Made by a program: the position numbers and the translations under genes. DNA of 62,050 nt, the filler included. It is 8 parts of 8 records of this genome, joined end to end, with 100 filler letters (N's around TTAATTAATTAA, not from the genome) between each part and the next. Parts side by side here need not be neighbours in the genome. Positions count along the whole stretch, not along the records: positions 1 to 5,494 come from SRR31147125_36065; positions 5,595 to 14,715 come from SRR31147125_36090; 6 more parts are not named here. One strand, given 5' to 3'. Shown here in pieces: positions 1 to 10,176 of the stretch. The notes under the pieces are model-generated. The model was not told the origin of the DNA, did not search any database, and saw only the letters and a program-made list of their open reading frames with translations. Position 1 is the stretch's first letter; each line of letters begins with the position of its first letter.

Positions 1-534
1 ATCGACAACGGCATCGTCACCTTTTCCTTCCAGGAATTCGGCGTGAAGCTGAATTTCGTACCGGTCGTGCGGTCGAACGGCATCATCGCCCTGACCGTCG
101 AGACCTCGGTTTCCGAGCCGACAACCGATGGCGGTTTCACCATTTCCGGCGTGACCATTCCGGCCACCAAGGAGCGGCAGGCCAAGACCTCGGTCGAATT
201 GAGATCGGGCACGACGCTCGCTATCGCCGGCATCATCCAGGATCAGGTCCGTCAGCAGTTCAACGCCCTGCCGGGTCTCGAGAAGATTCCGATCCTGGGT
301 GCGCTGTTCCGCTCGCGCGATTTCATTCATGCCGAGACCGAGCTGATGATCCTGGTCACGCCGGTTCTGGCCGAAGCCAGCGTCGGGCCGGTCGACCTGC
401 CGACAAACCACATGAACTTCGCCTCCGATGCCGAGGCGATTTTCCTCGGCCGCATGGAGAGTTTGTACGGCGTCGGCGGCCAGTGCAATGAATGCAACAA
501 CTACCAGGGACATATCGGCTTTGTGCTCGATTGA
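1..534 (+). CDS. cpaC: Tad/Flp pilus secretin CpaC/RcpA, C-terminal part (5'-truncated)
   Basis: Frame 1 is open from base 1 (IDNGIVTFSFQEFGVKLNFVP...). Secretin signature LPGLEKIPILGALFRS...ETELMILVTP. Directly upstream of cpaE/cpaF. Confidence 0.9.
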   Translation: MDNGIVTFSFQEFGVKLNFVPVVRSNGIIALTVETSVSEPTTDGGFTISGVTIPATKERQAKTSVELRSGTTLAIAGIIQDQVRQQFNALPGLEKIPILGALFRSRDFIHAETELMILVTPVLAEASVGPVDLPTNHMNFASDAEAIFLGRMESLYGVGGQCNECNNYQGHIGFVLD

Positions 535-564
535 GCGGATAGGGCGTTTCGGGAGTATGGCGTA

Positions 565-1836
565 ATGGACAATCAGCACACGGGATCAGAGGGCGAACGC
601 CAGGCGGATATCGCACCGGGCGCCCGTCTTTTGCCACGCATCACCATTCAGGCGTTCTGCCTGCACACCCAGACCGCCCAGATGGTGGAACTCGCGGTGC
701 ATGACAGGCGCATGGCCAAGGTGGCCCTGACCACTCACAATGGCGGCATCGAAGGCGCCATCGAGACCTATCGCGCCAATCCCACGCCCAATCTCATCGT
801 CATCGAGTCGGCGCAGGACACTTCCACCCTGCTTGAGGATCTCGAACGTCTCGCCGATGTTTGTGATGCGGCAACCCGCGTCATCGTGCTCGGACAAGCC
901 AACGACATCAATCTTTACCGCGAGCTCATACGTTTCGGCGTGTCCGACTACATCATCCTGCCGGCTTCGCCGCAGATGCTGGTGACCTCGATCACCGATC
1001 TGTTTGCGTCCGAAGGCGCCGCCCTGATCGGCCGCACGGTCGGCTTCATTTCCGCCAAGGGCGGTTCGGGCGGATCGACTGTCGCCCACAATGTCGCCTG
1101 GGCCATTGCGCAATCGACCCGTCAGAACGTGCTTGTCGTCGATATGGACCTGCCCTTCGGCACCGCCGGCCTCAATTTCAACCAGGACCCGCCGCATGGG
1201 CTTGGAGACGCCGTTTTCAGCGGCGAAAAAGTCGATCAGGTCATGCTCGACCGGCTGATGGCCAAGGCCGCGGCCCATATCAACCTGCTTGCCGCTCCCG
1301 GTACACTCGATCGCACCTACGATTTCGATGAGCGCGCCTTCGAGCAGGTTGTCGAGATGTCGCAAAAGACCATGCCGGTCGTCGTGCTCGATATCCCGCA
1401 TTCCTGGAATGGCTGGGTGCGTTATACTCTGTCGGCAATCGACGAGATCGTCATCGTCGCCGAACCAGACCTCGCCAATCTCAGGAACGCCAAGAACCTG
1501 GCCGATACGATCAAGTCCATGCGGCCGGATGAATCCGAGCCGTCTCTTGTCGTCAACAAGACCGGCATTCCCAAGCGTCCCGAAATCGCCGCCACCGAAT
1601 TCGCGTCCTCGATCGAATGCCAGCTGATCGGACAGATCGCCTTCGATCCGGGCACGTTCGGCACCGCCGCCAATAACGGGCAGATGGTTGCCGAGGTCAA
1701 CGCCAGCCACAAGGCAAACGAGTTCTTCCGCCAGATCGGACAGCGGGTAATCGGACGTGCCACGGGCGAGAGCGGCGGGCGTTCCTCCGGCATCCGGTTG
1801 CCCGAGAGTCTCAGCAAGCTTTTGAAGATCGGTTGA
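565..1836 (+). CDS. cpaE: Pilus assembly protein CpaE/TadZ (atypical receiver + MinD-like ATPase)
   Basis: N-terminal receiver-like domain (PNLIVIES...NDINLYRELIRFGVSDYI), deviant Walker A SAKGGSGGST, DMDLPFGTA, tad context. Confidence 0.92.
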   Translation: MDNQHTGSEGERQADIAPGARLLPRITIQAFCLHTQTAQMVELAVHDRRMAKVALTTHNGGIEGAIETYRANPTPNLIVIESAQDTSTLLEDLERLADVCDAATRVIVLGQANDINLYRELIRFGVSDYIILPASPQMLVTSITDLFASEGAALIGRTVGFISAKGGSGGSTVAHNVAWAIAQSTRQNVLVVDMDLPFGTAGLNFNQDPPHGLGDAVFSGEKVDQVMLDRLMAKAAAHINLLAAPGTLDRTYDFDERAFEQVVEMSQKTMPVVVLDIPHSWNGWVRYTLSAIDEIVIVAEPDLANLRNAKNLADTIKSMRPDESEPSLVVNKTGIPKRPEIAATEFASSIECQLIGQIAFDPGTFGTAANNGQMVAEVNASHKANEFFRQIGQRVIGRATGESGGRSSGIRLPESLSKLLKIG

Positions 1837-1888
1837 AGGCCGTGGCACGGGACATGCGCGGTATCGGAGTTCTGAGAGGTAGTCTGTA

Positions 1889-3421
1889 GTGTTTGGCAAG
1901 CGTACGACATTCGGCGGAAATACCGGCGCGGCGCCTATGCCGACGCCTGCGCCGACGCCGGATCCTGCCCCCGCCGCGCCGCCCGCATCGCCCGCGTCCG
2001 AATCGGTGCGCCACCAGGGCGCCGGTACGATCGGCGGTCCAAGCCGAGAGGCCGCTGCAATGCGGCTGAAGCCCCAGGAAGAAGTTCTCGACGTTACCGG
2101 TGCCGGTGACAGTCCCACACGCGCCGACACCTATTTCCAGACCAAGTCGACCATTTTCTCGGCGCTGATCGATTCCATCGATCTGAGCCAACTCGCCACG
2201 ATGGACGCCGACGCGGCCCGCGAGGAAATCCGCGATATCGTTGCCGAGATCATCGGGCTCAAATCGATCGTCATGTCGATTTCCGAGCAGGAAGATCTGC
2301 TCGAGGACATCTGCAACGATGTGCTCGGTTACGGTCCGCTCGAACCGCTTCTCGCCCGCGACGATATCGCCGATATCATGGTGAACGGTTCCCAGAAGTG
2401 CTACATCGAAGTCAACGGCCGGGTGAAGTTGACCAATGTCCGCTTCCGCGACGATTCGCACCTGATGAATGTGTGCCAGCGCATCGTTTCCCAGGTTGGC
2501 CGCCGCGTCGATGAGAGTTCGCCGATCTGCGACGCTCGCCTGCCCGATGGCTCCCGCGTCAACGTCATCGCCCCGCCGCTGGCAATCGATGGGGCCGCGC
2601 TCACCATTCGAAAGTTCAAGAAAGACAAGCTGACCCTCCAGCAGCTCGTCAAATTCGGCTCGATTTCGCCCGAAGGCGCCGAAGTTCTCAGAATTCTGGG
2701 CCGCGTCCGCGCCAACGTCCTGATCTCCGGCGGTACCGGCTCCGGCAAGACGACGCTTTTGAACTGTCTCACCGGCTTCATCGATCGCGACGAGCGCGTC
2801 ATCACCTGCGAGGATTCGGCGGAACTGCAATTGCAGCAGCCGCACGTGGTCCGGCTCGAAACCCGCCCGCCGAACCTTGAGGGCGAGGGCGAGATCACCA
2901 TGCGCGATCTGGTCAAGAACTGCCTCAGAATGCGGCCGGAACGCATCATCGTCGGCGAGGTCCGTGGACCCGAGGCGTTCGATCTCTTGCAGGCCATGAA
3001 CACCGGCCATGACGGCTCGATGGGAACGCTGCACGCCAATTCGCCGCGCGAGGCGCTTAGCCGTGCGGAATCGATGATCACGATGGGTGGCTATTCGCTG
3101 CCCTCGCGCACCATCCGCGAAATGATCGTTTCCTCGATCGATGTCGTCGTGCAGGCGGCACGCCTGCGCGACGGGTCGCGCCGCATCACCCACATCACCG
3201 AGGTGCTCGGGATGGAAGGGGATGTCATCGTCACCCAGGATATATTCCTTTACGACATCACCGGCGAAGATGCCGCGGGCAATCTCATCGGCCAGCACCG
3301 TTCGACCGGCATTACCAAGCCGCAATTCGCCGAGCGGGCACGCTATTTCAGCGAGGAGGCCAATCTCGTCGAGGCGCTGGAGGCGTCCAATATCGAACAC
3401 CAGAACAACCTTGCGGGATAG
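1889..3421 (+). CDS. cpaF: Tad pilus assembly ATPase CpaF/TadA
   Basis: Walker A GGTGSGKTT, EDSAEL, LRMRPERIIVGEVRG, MNTGHDGSMGTLHANS. Pro-rich N-terminal linker. Confidence 0.96.
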   Translation: MFGKRTTFGGNTGAAPMPTPAPTPDPAPAAPPASPASESVRHQGAGTIGGPSREAAAMRLKPQEEVLDVTGAGDSPTRADTYFQTKSTIFSALIDSIDLSQLATMDADAAREEIRDIVAEIIGLKSIVMSISEQEDLLEDICNDVLGYGPLEPLLARDDIADIMVNGSQKCYIEVNGRVKLTNVRFRDDSHLMNVCQRIVSQVGRRVDESSPICDARLPDGSRVNVIAPPLAIDGAALTIRKFKKDKLTLQQLVKFGSISPEGAEVLRILGRVRANVLISGGTGSGKTTLLNCLTGFIDRDERVITCEDSAELQLQQPHVVRLETRPPNLEGEGEITMRDLVKNCLRMRPERIIVGEVRGPEAFDLLQAMNTGHDGSMGTLHANSPREALSRAESMITMGGYSLPSRTIREMIVSSIDVVVQAARLRDGSRRITHITEVLGMEGDVIVTQDIFLYDITGEDAAGNLIGQHRSTGITKPQFAERARYFSEEANLVEALEASNIEHQNNLAG

Positions 3422-3436
3422 GAGGCCGTTTAGCGT

Positions 3437-4414
3437 ATGACACCTGTCCTTCTCATTGTTTTGGTTGCGGTCAGCCTGGGCGCGGTGATCTTCACCTTCG
3501 TGCCGGCCCTGACCGGCGACAGCCGCGCCGAGAAGCGCCGGAAGGCGCTCAAGGGCAATTATCAAGCCGCGCGCGAAACCGTGTTGGCCGACCGCCAGCG
3601 CGATCAGCGCCGCAAAAGCGTTCAGCAGGCCCTGAAGGCGCAGAGCGATCAGCTCGCAAAGCACAAGCAGCGCGCCACGCTGGAGATGCAGATTTTCCAG
3701 GCAGGCCTGAAGACATCGAAGAACGCCTTCATTCGCAACGCCGCCATATTCGGCGTGCTGGTGATAATTGCGTGCTGGATTCTCGATGTGCCGCTGCCTT
3801 TTGCCGTCGTCTTCGGCGTGGCCTCCGGTTATGTGCTGCCGAAAATGCTGCTTGGCCACCTGCGTAGGCGTTATCAGGGGAAATTCCTCGACGAATTGCC
3901 GAATGCCGTCGAAGCCATCGTGCGTGGTGTCAAATCGGGCCTGCCGCTCAACGATTCCATTCGCATCGTTTCCAAGGAGGCAAAGGAGCCGGTCAAGACC
4001 GAATTTGCACGGGTGCTCGACCAGCAGAATTTCGGCCAGTCGATGACCGAGGCCATCCAGATCCTTTACGAACGTGTGCCGACGCCGGAGGTCAACTTCT
4101 TCGTGGTTGTCATCACCGTGCAGCAGCAGGCCGGCGGCAACCTCTCCGAAGCTCTGACCAACCTGTCGCGTGTCCTGAGAAACCGCAAGAAGATGCAGGC
4201 CAAGGTCAAGGCCATGTCGTCGGAGGCCAAGGCATCGGCCTTCATCATCGGCGCCCTGCCATTCATCGTCGCCGCTCTCGTCTCCGTGGTGCGTCCGGGC
4301 TATCTCAACACGTTGATCGAAACCCAGATCGGCATGATCTGGCTCGGCATTGCCGCCGTGCTCATGATGACCGGCAGCTTCGTCATGATGCGCATGGTCC
4401 AGTTCGAGGTATGA
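3437..4414 (+). CDS. tadB: Tad inner-membrane protein TadB (T2SS F family)
   Basis: RGVKSGLPL and QQQAGGNLSEALTNLSRVLR motifs, TM helices, position after cpaF. Confidence 0.92.
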   Translation: MTPVLLIVLVAVSLGAVIFTFVPALTGDSRAEKRRKALKGNYQAARETVLADRQRDQRRKSVQQALKAQSDQLAKHKQRATLEMQIFQAGLKTSKNAFIRNAAIFGVLVIIACWILDVPLPFAVVFGVASGYVLPKMLLGHLRRRYQGKFLDELPNAVEAIVRGVKSGLPLNDSIRIVSKEAKEPVKTEFARVLDQQNFGQSMTEAIQILYERVPTPEVNFFVVVITVQQQAGGNLSEALTNLSRVLRNRKKMQAKVKAMSSEAKASAFIIGALPFIVAALVSVVRPGYLNTLIETQIGMIWLGIAAVLMMTGSFVMMRMVQFEV

Positions 4415-4475
4415 GCATGATCCTGAAAAGTGGATATCGGTTTTCGGATGAGATCATGCGGCAACTGGGAGTCGT

Positions 4476-5474
4476 GTGATGGACTTGGTCGACACCCTGA
4501 CGAACGCGCAATTCCTCACCGCCGCATTTGCGGCGATTGCGGCGGGTGCGGTGGTGTTCACATTCGGCGCCCAGTTCTTCGATCGGTCCGACACCAAGCA
4601 GCGCATCAAGCGTGTGGCACTTGAGCGCGAGAAACTGCGCAGCGAGGAAATGAGCCGGCTGCGCGGTGCCGAGAACAACAAGCCGTCGATCCGCGGCGGC
4701 CGCGAGGCCAAGGCCTATGTCACCCGGATCGTTGAACGTTTCGATTTGCAGAAGGCCTTTGCCGACGAGAACACCCAGAACCTTCTGACCCAGGCCGGCT
4801 ATCGCGGGCAGGGGCCCCTGACGACCTATGTGTTCCTGAGATTCGTATCGCCGCTCGGTTTCCTGCTTTTGGCGCTGTTGTATCTCGCCGTGCTGGCGCC
4901 GGGCGGACGGCCGCTTTACCTCAATGTGCTTTATGCCGTCGTTGTCGGCCTGCTCGGTTCCTATTTGCCGCTGCTGTTGCTGCGCAATCAGATCCAGAAG
5001 CGCCAGCAATCGATCCGGCGCGCCTGGCCGGATTGCCTCGATCTGCTGCTGTTGTGCGTCGAATCCGGCATGTCGGTCGAACATGCGTTCAAGCGCGTGT
5101 CCGCGGAAATCGGCGCGCAGTCGGTTGCACTTGCCGAGGAACTGACCCTGACCACGGCCGAACTGAGCTTTCTCGAAGACCGTACCCGCGCCTTCGACAA
5201 TCTGGGCAAGCGCACCGGTCTTGACGGCGTGCGCGCCGTTATGACGGCGCTGATTCAGGCCGAACGCTATGGCACCTCGGTCGGCCAGTCCCTGCGCATC
5301 ATGGCCGAGGAAGGCCGCGAGCAGCGCATGAACGAGGCCGAGAAGAAGGCAGCCGCGTTGCCGCCGAAACTGACCGTTCCACTGATCCTGTTCTTCCTGC
5401 CGGTTCTGTTCATCGTCATCATGGCACCCGCCATGATCAACATTTTCAGCCAGAACCTGAATTTCGGGGTCTAG
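4476..5474 (+). CDS. tadC: Tad inner-membrane protein TadC (T2SS F family)
   Basis: PDCLDLLLLCVESG, QAERYGTSV, AEKKAAALPPKLTVPLILFFLP. Confidence 0.92.
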   Translation: MMDLVDTLTNAQFLTAAFAAIAAGAVVFTFGAQFFDRSDTKQRIKRVALEREKLRSEEMSRLRGAENNKPSIRGGREAKAYVTRIVERFDLQKAFADENTQNLLTQAGYRGQGPLTTYVFLRFVSPLGFLLLALLYLAVLAPGGRPLYLNVLYAVVVGLLGSYLPLLLLRNQIQKRQQSIRRAWPDCLDLLLLCVESGMSVEHAFKRVSAEIGAQSVALAEELTLTTAELSFLEDRTRAFDNLGKRTGLDGVRAVMTALIQAERYGTSVGQSLRIMAEEGREQRMNEAEKKAAALPPKLTVPLILFFLPVLFIVIMAPAMINIFSQNLNFGV

Positions 5475-5494
5475 AGCGGCGCGCGCTCAAGTTG

Positions 5495-5594
5495 NNNNNN
5501 NNNNNNNNNNNNNNNNNNNNNNNNNNNNNNNNNNNNNNTTAATTAATTAANNNNNNNNNNNNNNNNNNNNNNNNNNNNNNNNNNNNNNNNNNNN
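5495..5594. other. Artificial contig spacer (N44-TTAATTAATTAA-N44)
   Basis: Identical 100-bp linker with stops in all frames. GC content and gene content change abruptly across it. Confidence 0.99.
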
Positions 5595-5760
5595 CCCGGC
5601 AGGCAAGTCTTGAACGACCACTAGGGGGAAGGTAATTTCCAACCCATTCCCAAGCCGTGGCATTACTTTATCAAAAATCGTTTTTACGTCAAAGCAGTTT
5701 TGAAAATCAGGCCGGTCGGATAAGATCATGTCATAATATCCTTCTATCCCACCGGCTGTG

Positions 5761-7650
5761 TCATTTCAGGTTTGCAGCGGCAACGGGAAAGGTCACCGTA
5801 AACAGCGTTCCCTCATTTGGCCGGCTTTCCACACCTATGGTGCCGTTAAAATCTTTGACAATACCGTGAATGATGGGAAGCCCCAATCCCATTCCCTCTC
5901 CCATCTTTTTGGTGGTAAAAAAGCTTTCGAAGATTTTATCGACGCGCTCTTTTTCCATACCGGTACCGTTGTCTTGGATGGTCATTACCACACGATCACG
6001 ACTGCTGCTGAGCATTGTGGCGATCCGAATCTCTCCTTCGATTTTTTCCGGCGCCTTTTCCCACTTTTCGAAAATGGCATCCCTGCCGTTGGATATGAGA
6101 TTGAAAACCACCTGCTCAATTCGATTATGGTGGGCCAAAACCGCGGGTAGGTCTCCGTGAAGCGTCATTGAGAGTGTAATGTTTTGAAGCAATAACTGTT
6201 TTCCAACGATCCGATTGACGGATTTAATGCAGCTGTCGAGATTGATGATTTCCCTGGAAAAGTCCGATTTTCGACTGAATGTCTTAAGGCGTCCCACAAT
6301 ATCTCCGGCCCGGGTCACCTGATCACTGATCTCTTTGGAGACCATGATCATTTCATCTTTTCCAATGGAGCGATCCTCATGGGTCATCAAAGAGAGGTAT
6401 TCGCTGCCCAGTTTGATGGCATTCAAGGGCTGATTCAGCTCATGGGCGATTCCGACGGACATCTTTTCAATATTGCTGATTTTTGTGGCTTGAATCAATT
6501 GGCTATCCTTTTCAACAAGTTCGGTGATATCGGTTGTTGCCACGATGAGAGCCGGGATATTTCGGTAGACGGTCCTTCCGGCGTGGATGTTGACGAACAA
6601 TGATTCTCCGCTTTTTTTATAGATGCTCACCTTTGCACTGAGAAGAATCGATTGATCTTTGGGATAATTTCGGTTGAACATACCCGGCGAGAAGTTCCCG
6701 AGCTTGAGGAAATTCATGAAAGCCAGCTCATTTTTAGAATATTCGAATATTTCAACGGCCTTGGGATTGGCATCCAAAATAGCACACGTGTCTCGATTCA
6801 AAACGAAAATGGGGTTGGGACCACTGCTGAAAAGGGAGCGATACTTGGATTCCGACTCTAAAATTTCTTCCCTGGACGCTTTAATTCGAAAGATCATTTT
6901 TATGAAGGAGCGGGTCAGTTTGCGGATTTCATCATTGGTGGTTTTATCCCCGACGGAGTGGTGGGTTTCATTTGAAATGGGAATGTCGTAATTCCCGAAA
7001 GCCACTTGATCGGTGTATCGGGTGAGAGAGGATATGGGCTGGGTGATCCGCCGGGCAAGCCAGTGGCTCATGTAAAAAAAAACGATGGTGACGGCGGATA
7101 AAAAGCTTAGGAAAAGAAATCTCAGTTTTGTGATCAGGTCCAAAATATGTTGTTTGGCAAGTCCGATATGTACATGGCCGATGGTGTAAAGTCCCTCTTT
7201 AACCGGTACTGTCAGGTGGAATACATCTTGTCCGTTGACGCGGATTTCAGCCGTGGCTATTTCTTTGGAACCGCTTTTTGCATCGGCTTGTAGCGGTAAT
7301 GAATACGGGCGTGGATTTGGAAGATGAGTTAAAAATGTGTGGGCCAGAATCTCTCCAAATTCATCTTCGATGATCAGATAGGTGATGATGTCTTTTCGGT
7401 TGCCGCTTTTGGCCTCAAATGCAAGGGCGGTGAGTTCTGCCCGGTTTTGAGTAAGAAGGTGGGCTGCGGCACTGTCTGCAACGCTTTGCGCGATACCGGC
7501 CCCCCGTTTTTGGAGTTCGGTGGTGAGGCTGGATATGAGAAGCCAGCGGGTGAAAAGGGCAATAATCACACTCACCAAAAGGATAAATCCCAGGAAAGAA
7601 ACAAAGATTTTATTTTTCAGGCTGAACCGATCCAGAATCATCTTATCCAC
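5761..7650 (-). CDS. Membrane sensor histidine kinase (TM-periplasmic-TM-HAMP-PAS-HisKA-HATPase, NtrB-like)
   Basis: H-box GIAHELNQPL, N-box EQVVFNLISNGRDA, G boxes DNGTGM and GMGLGL, PAS-like ILDANPKA. Confidence 0.92.
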   Translation of the reverse strand: MDKMILDRFSLKNKIFVSFLGFILLVSVIIALFTRWLLISSLTTELQKRGAGIAQSVADSAAAHLLTQNRAELTALAFEAKSGNRKDIITYLIIEDEFGEILAHTFLTHLPNPRPYSLPLQADAKSGSKEIATAEIRVNGQDVFHLTVPVKEGLYTIGHVHIGLAKQHILDLITKLRFLFLSFLSAVTIVFFYMSHWLARRITQPISSLTRYTDQVAFGNYDIPISNETHHSVGDKTTNDEIRKLTRSFIKMIFRIKASREEILESESKYRSLFSSGPNPIFVLNRDTCAILDANPKAVEIFEYSKNELAFMNFLKLGNFSPGMFNRNYPKDQSILLSAKVSIYKKSGESLFVNIHAGRTVYRNIPALIVATTDITELVEKDSQLIQATKISNIEKMSVGIAHELNQPLNAIKLGSEYLSLMTHEDRSIGKDEMIMVSKEISDQVTRAGDIVGRLKTFSRKSDFSREIINLDSCIKSVNRIVGKQLLLQNITLSMTLHGDLPAVLAHHNRIEQVVFNLISNGRDAIFEKWEKAPEKIEGEIRIATMLSSSRDRVVMTIQDNGTGMEKERVDKIFESFFTTKKMGEGMGLGLPIIHGIVKDFNGTIGVESRPNEGTLFTVTFPVAAANLK

Positions 7651-7867
7651 TCTTTTTATTGAAAATTGTTATCAGCTGGGATATACCTTGATAACCGTTC
7701 AAAAAAAGAGAATTTTATCCTCCCATTTACTTATGATGCAGCACTCCCCCGGTTTTGCCGGACGACCTACAAAAGTTTGACTCTAAGTTTTGATACACTC
7801 CATGAATGGTTTTAACCGCTTAAGTGGATATGCCATCCATTGATGTTGACAAGAAAGCGGGGCCGCC

Positions 7868-8607
7868 ATGAGAATAGCCGTTTTTTCCGATGTTCATGCC
7901 AACTATGAAGCGCTTGAAGCATTTATCGAACATGTTTCACAAAAGCGGGTAAGCCACTATATCTGCCTTGGGGATGTGGTGGGGTATGGTGTCAATCCCA
8001 ATCGCTGCATTCGACGGCTCCAAACCCTGCCCGGAATTCGATTTGTTTTGGGAAATCATGATCATGCAGCCATCGGGGAGAAAGGAAAAGAGCGGATGAA
8101 TGGAGATGCGGGAAGCGCTTTAAAATGGACCCAAAACCGTCTTTCCAATCCAAGTGTCTCATTTATAAAAGGAATGAAGGACAATTTCAAACTGGATAAT
8201 ATTTTCTTTTGTCACGCCAATCCCGTGGGGCGATCGGATTGGTATTATATTTCTGAAAAGCCTCATATTTCCCGGACGTTTTTCAAAACTCGGGCCAAAA
8301 TTCTGTTTGCCGGTCATACCCATTCGGCAGCCATGATCACCAAGAAAAATTTTTTTGTACCTATATTCGAAAGCCTCAAAACAAGGCGGTGGTGCCAATC
8401 GCAAAACTCAGACGACAGATTTTCAACTGCGGAAGTATCGGGCAGCCTAGGGATGGAGATCCCAGGGGATCTTATCTCATTTACGATACGGATCGACATG
8501 TTGTAGAGTTTCATCGGGTGGCCTATGACCATGAGGGGGCGGCTAAGAAAATTGTGGCGGCAGGTCTCCCCGAACGATTGGCCCAAAGGCTTTCTACCGG
8601 GCAGTGA
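7868..8607 (+). CDS. Calcineurin-like metallophosphoesterase (YfcE/PPP-like); one frameshift near 8350
   Basis: SDVHAN, LGDVVGYG, GNHD, GHTH, then NCGSIGQPRDGD in the next frame. Adding one T to the T7 run at 8350-8356 gives KKNFFCTYIRKPQNKAVVPIAK. Confidence 0.88.
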
Positions 8608-8615
8608 TTTTTTGC

Positions 8616-9949
8616 CTAAACCCCTTCAGAGGGAAGTGTGTTTCCATTACCGAAATTCGGAATTTTTGCAAGAAGATCCTTTCGAAGGGCGGAAGCATCC
8701 CTGTATCTTTTTTCAAGATTGATTTCAAAACATCTCATAATCACCTGCTCCAACGCCTTAGAGAGGGATGAATCCAAGGTGCGTGGTGGAACCGCCGGTC
8801 TGTTTATATCGATATCCATGGGATAGATGCGGTTGTCCTGATAAAAGGGAAGACGATTGACAGTGAGGATGTAAAGGATGCACCCCAATGCCCACACGTC
8901 ACTGGCAAGGCAGGGCTTGCCTTCAAACTGCTCCGGCGGCATGAAATTCAAAGTCCCCTGACCGGAGGCCCCTTCATTGATCCAGGTAACATCCCTTGCA
9001 CTGCCGAAATCCAGAAGCTTCAAGAGGCCGTTGGGTTTGACCATGATGTTGTCCGGTTTGATGTCCCGGTGCATGATTCGATGATCATGGGCATAGGCGG
9101 ATACCGCCATCAGTTGCAAAAAGAGATTTTCTTTATCTTTAGACGAAATTCCTTTTTCAATCCGTTCCGGCAGCGTGACCCCATTGACATACTCCTGAAT
9201 CAAAATGTATTTATCTCCATCTTTCACCACCTCTATCAGATGAATGATATTTGGATGATACACCAGCCGCTTTAGAACGGCTGCCGCACGCAGTGTGCTG
9301 ATGTTGAGTTCTGGGTTGTGGGGGATTTTGGCGATGGCTTCTCTTTCATTTCCCACCTCACGCACCAACCAGATTTCTCCATCGCCGCCTGTGGCGATTT
9401 TATTGATTGGTTGCCATTTGCTGAAGATGGGCCGTCTTCCCGATCTTGCAAATTGAGATTTTGGGGAAAAAAGCTGAGACCTTCTTGAAGATATCCCACA
9501 ACCCGACGCCAAGTCTCATTTTTAGGCGCATATGGATTCGACGCACTCTTTTGCCGGGTCTGAATAATGGCTTGTCCGCACTCCAACAGCACATAAAACC
9601 GAATGGCAAAGCTCTCTTCATCCAATGGTATGATGATGTAATCATCTGCACCGGCTTTTATATATTGATGAATATTTGAGAGGAGATCATACGGAACCAG
9701 CACCAACAGGGGAACGGGATGGCATAACACACCCTTGAGGCGACGGATGATTTGCACCTGTCGATAGCGATCCTGCTCCACTCGAAGAATGAGAAGACAA
9801 GTATTCATTTGCTTTTGAAGTACTTCATGGGCTTTCAACCCGTGGTTTCGGATGGGGATCGCCTCGATGGCAAATGGACGGGCCAGACGTTGGATGAGTT
9901 GCTCGTCATCTTTCGATAAATTGATCATCATCAAGCTTTCAGATGTCAT
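8616..9949 (-). CDS. Receiver-like domain fused to Hanks-type Ser/Thr protein kinase; one frameshift near 9470
   Basis: N-part AGADDYIIIP (REC-like). C-part TGGDGEIW, AKIP, HRDIKPDN, DFG, PPE, SDVWALG. One extra T in the T6 run joins them as GLSFFSPKSQFARSG. Confidence 0.82.
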
Positions 9950-10176
9950 AGGAATTTCCTTGAAAGGTTGATGTCGGAACCGGGTGAGGATTATTCATTG
10001 AATGAGTTGTTATTTTAACGGTTTCTCAAAAAAAATCAAGGATGTTAAAAATATAGTGGTATAAAAAGTAAATTTATTAATCAGTTGATTTTTAAAAAAT
10101 ATCAGTGTATGGCAAAAGTATTATCTGAGACACTTGAAAATGCTGAGCTGACAATGAAATTGAGGGTGATACAACG

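Noticed and set aside
586-3859. Long minus-strand ORFs (514 aa and 682 aa)
   Set aside because: Antisense shadows of cpaE/cpaF/tadB caused by GC-rich codon bias; no motifs.
5595-5729. Cognate response regulator downstream of the histidine kinase
   Set aside because: The 45 readable codons show no receiver-domain features.
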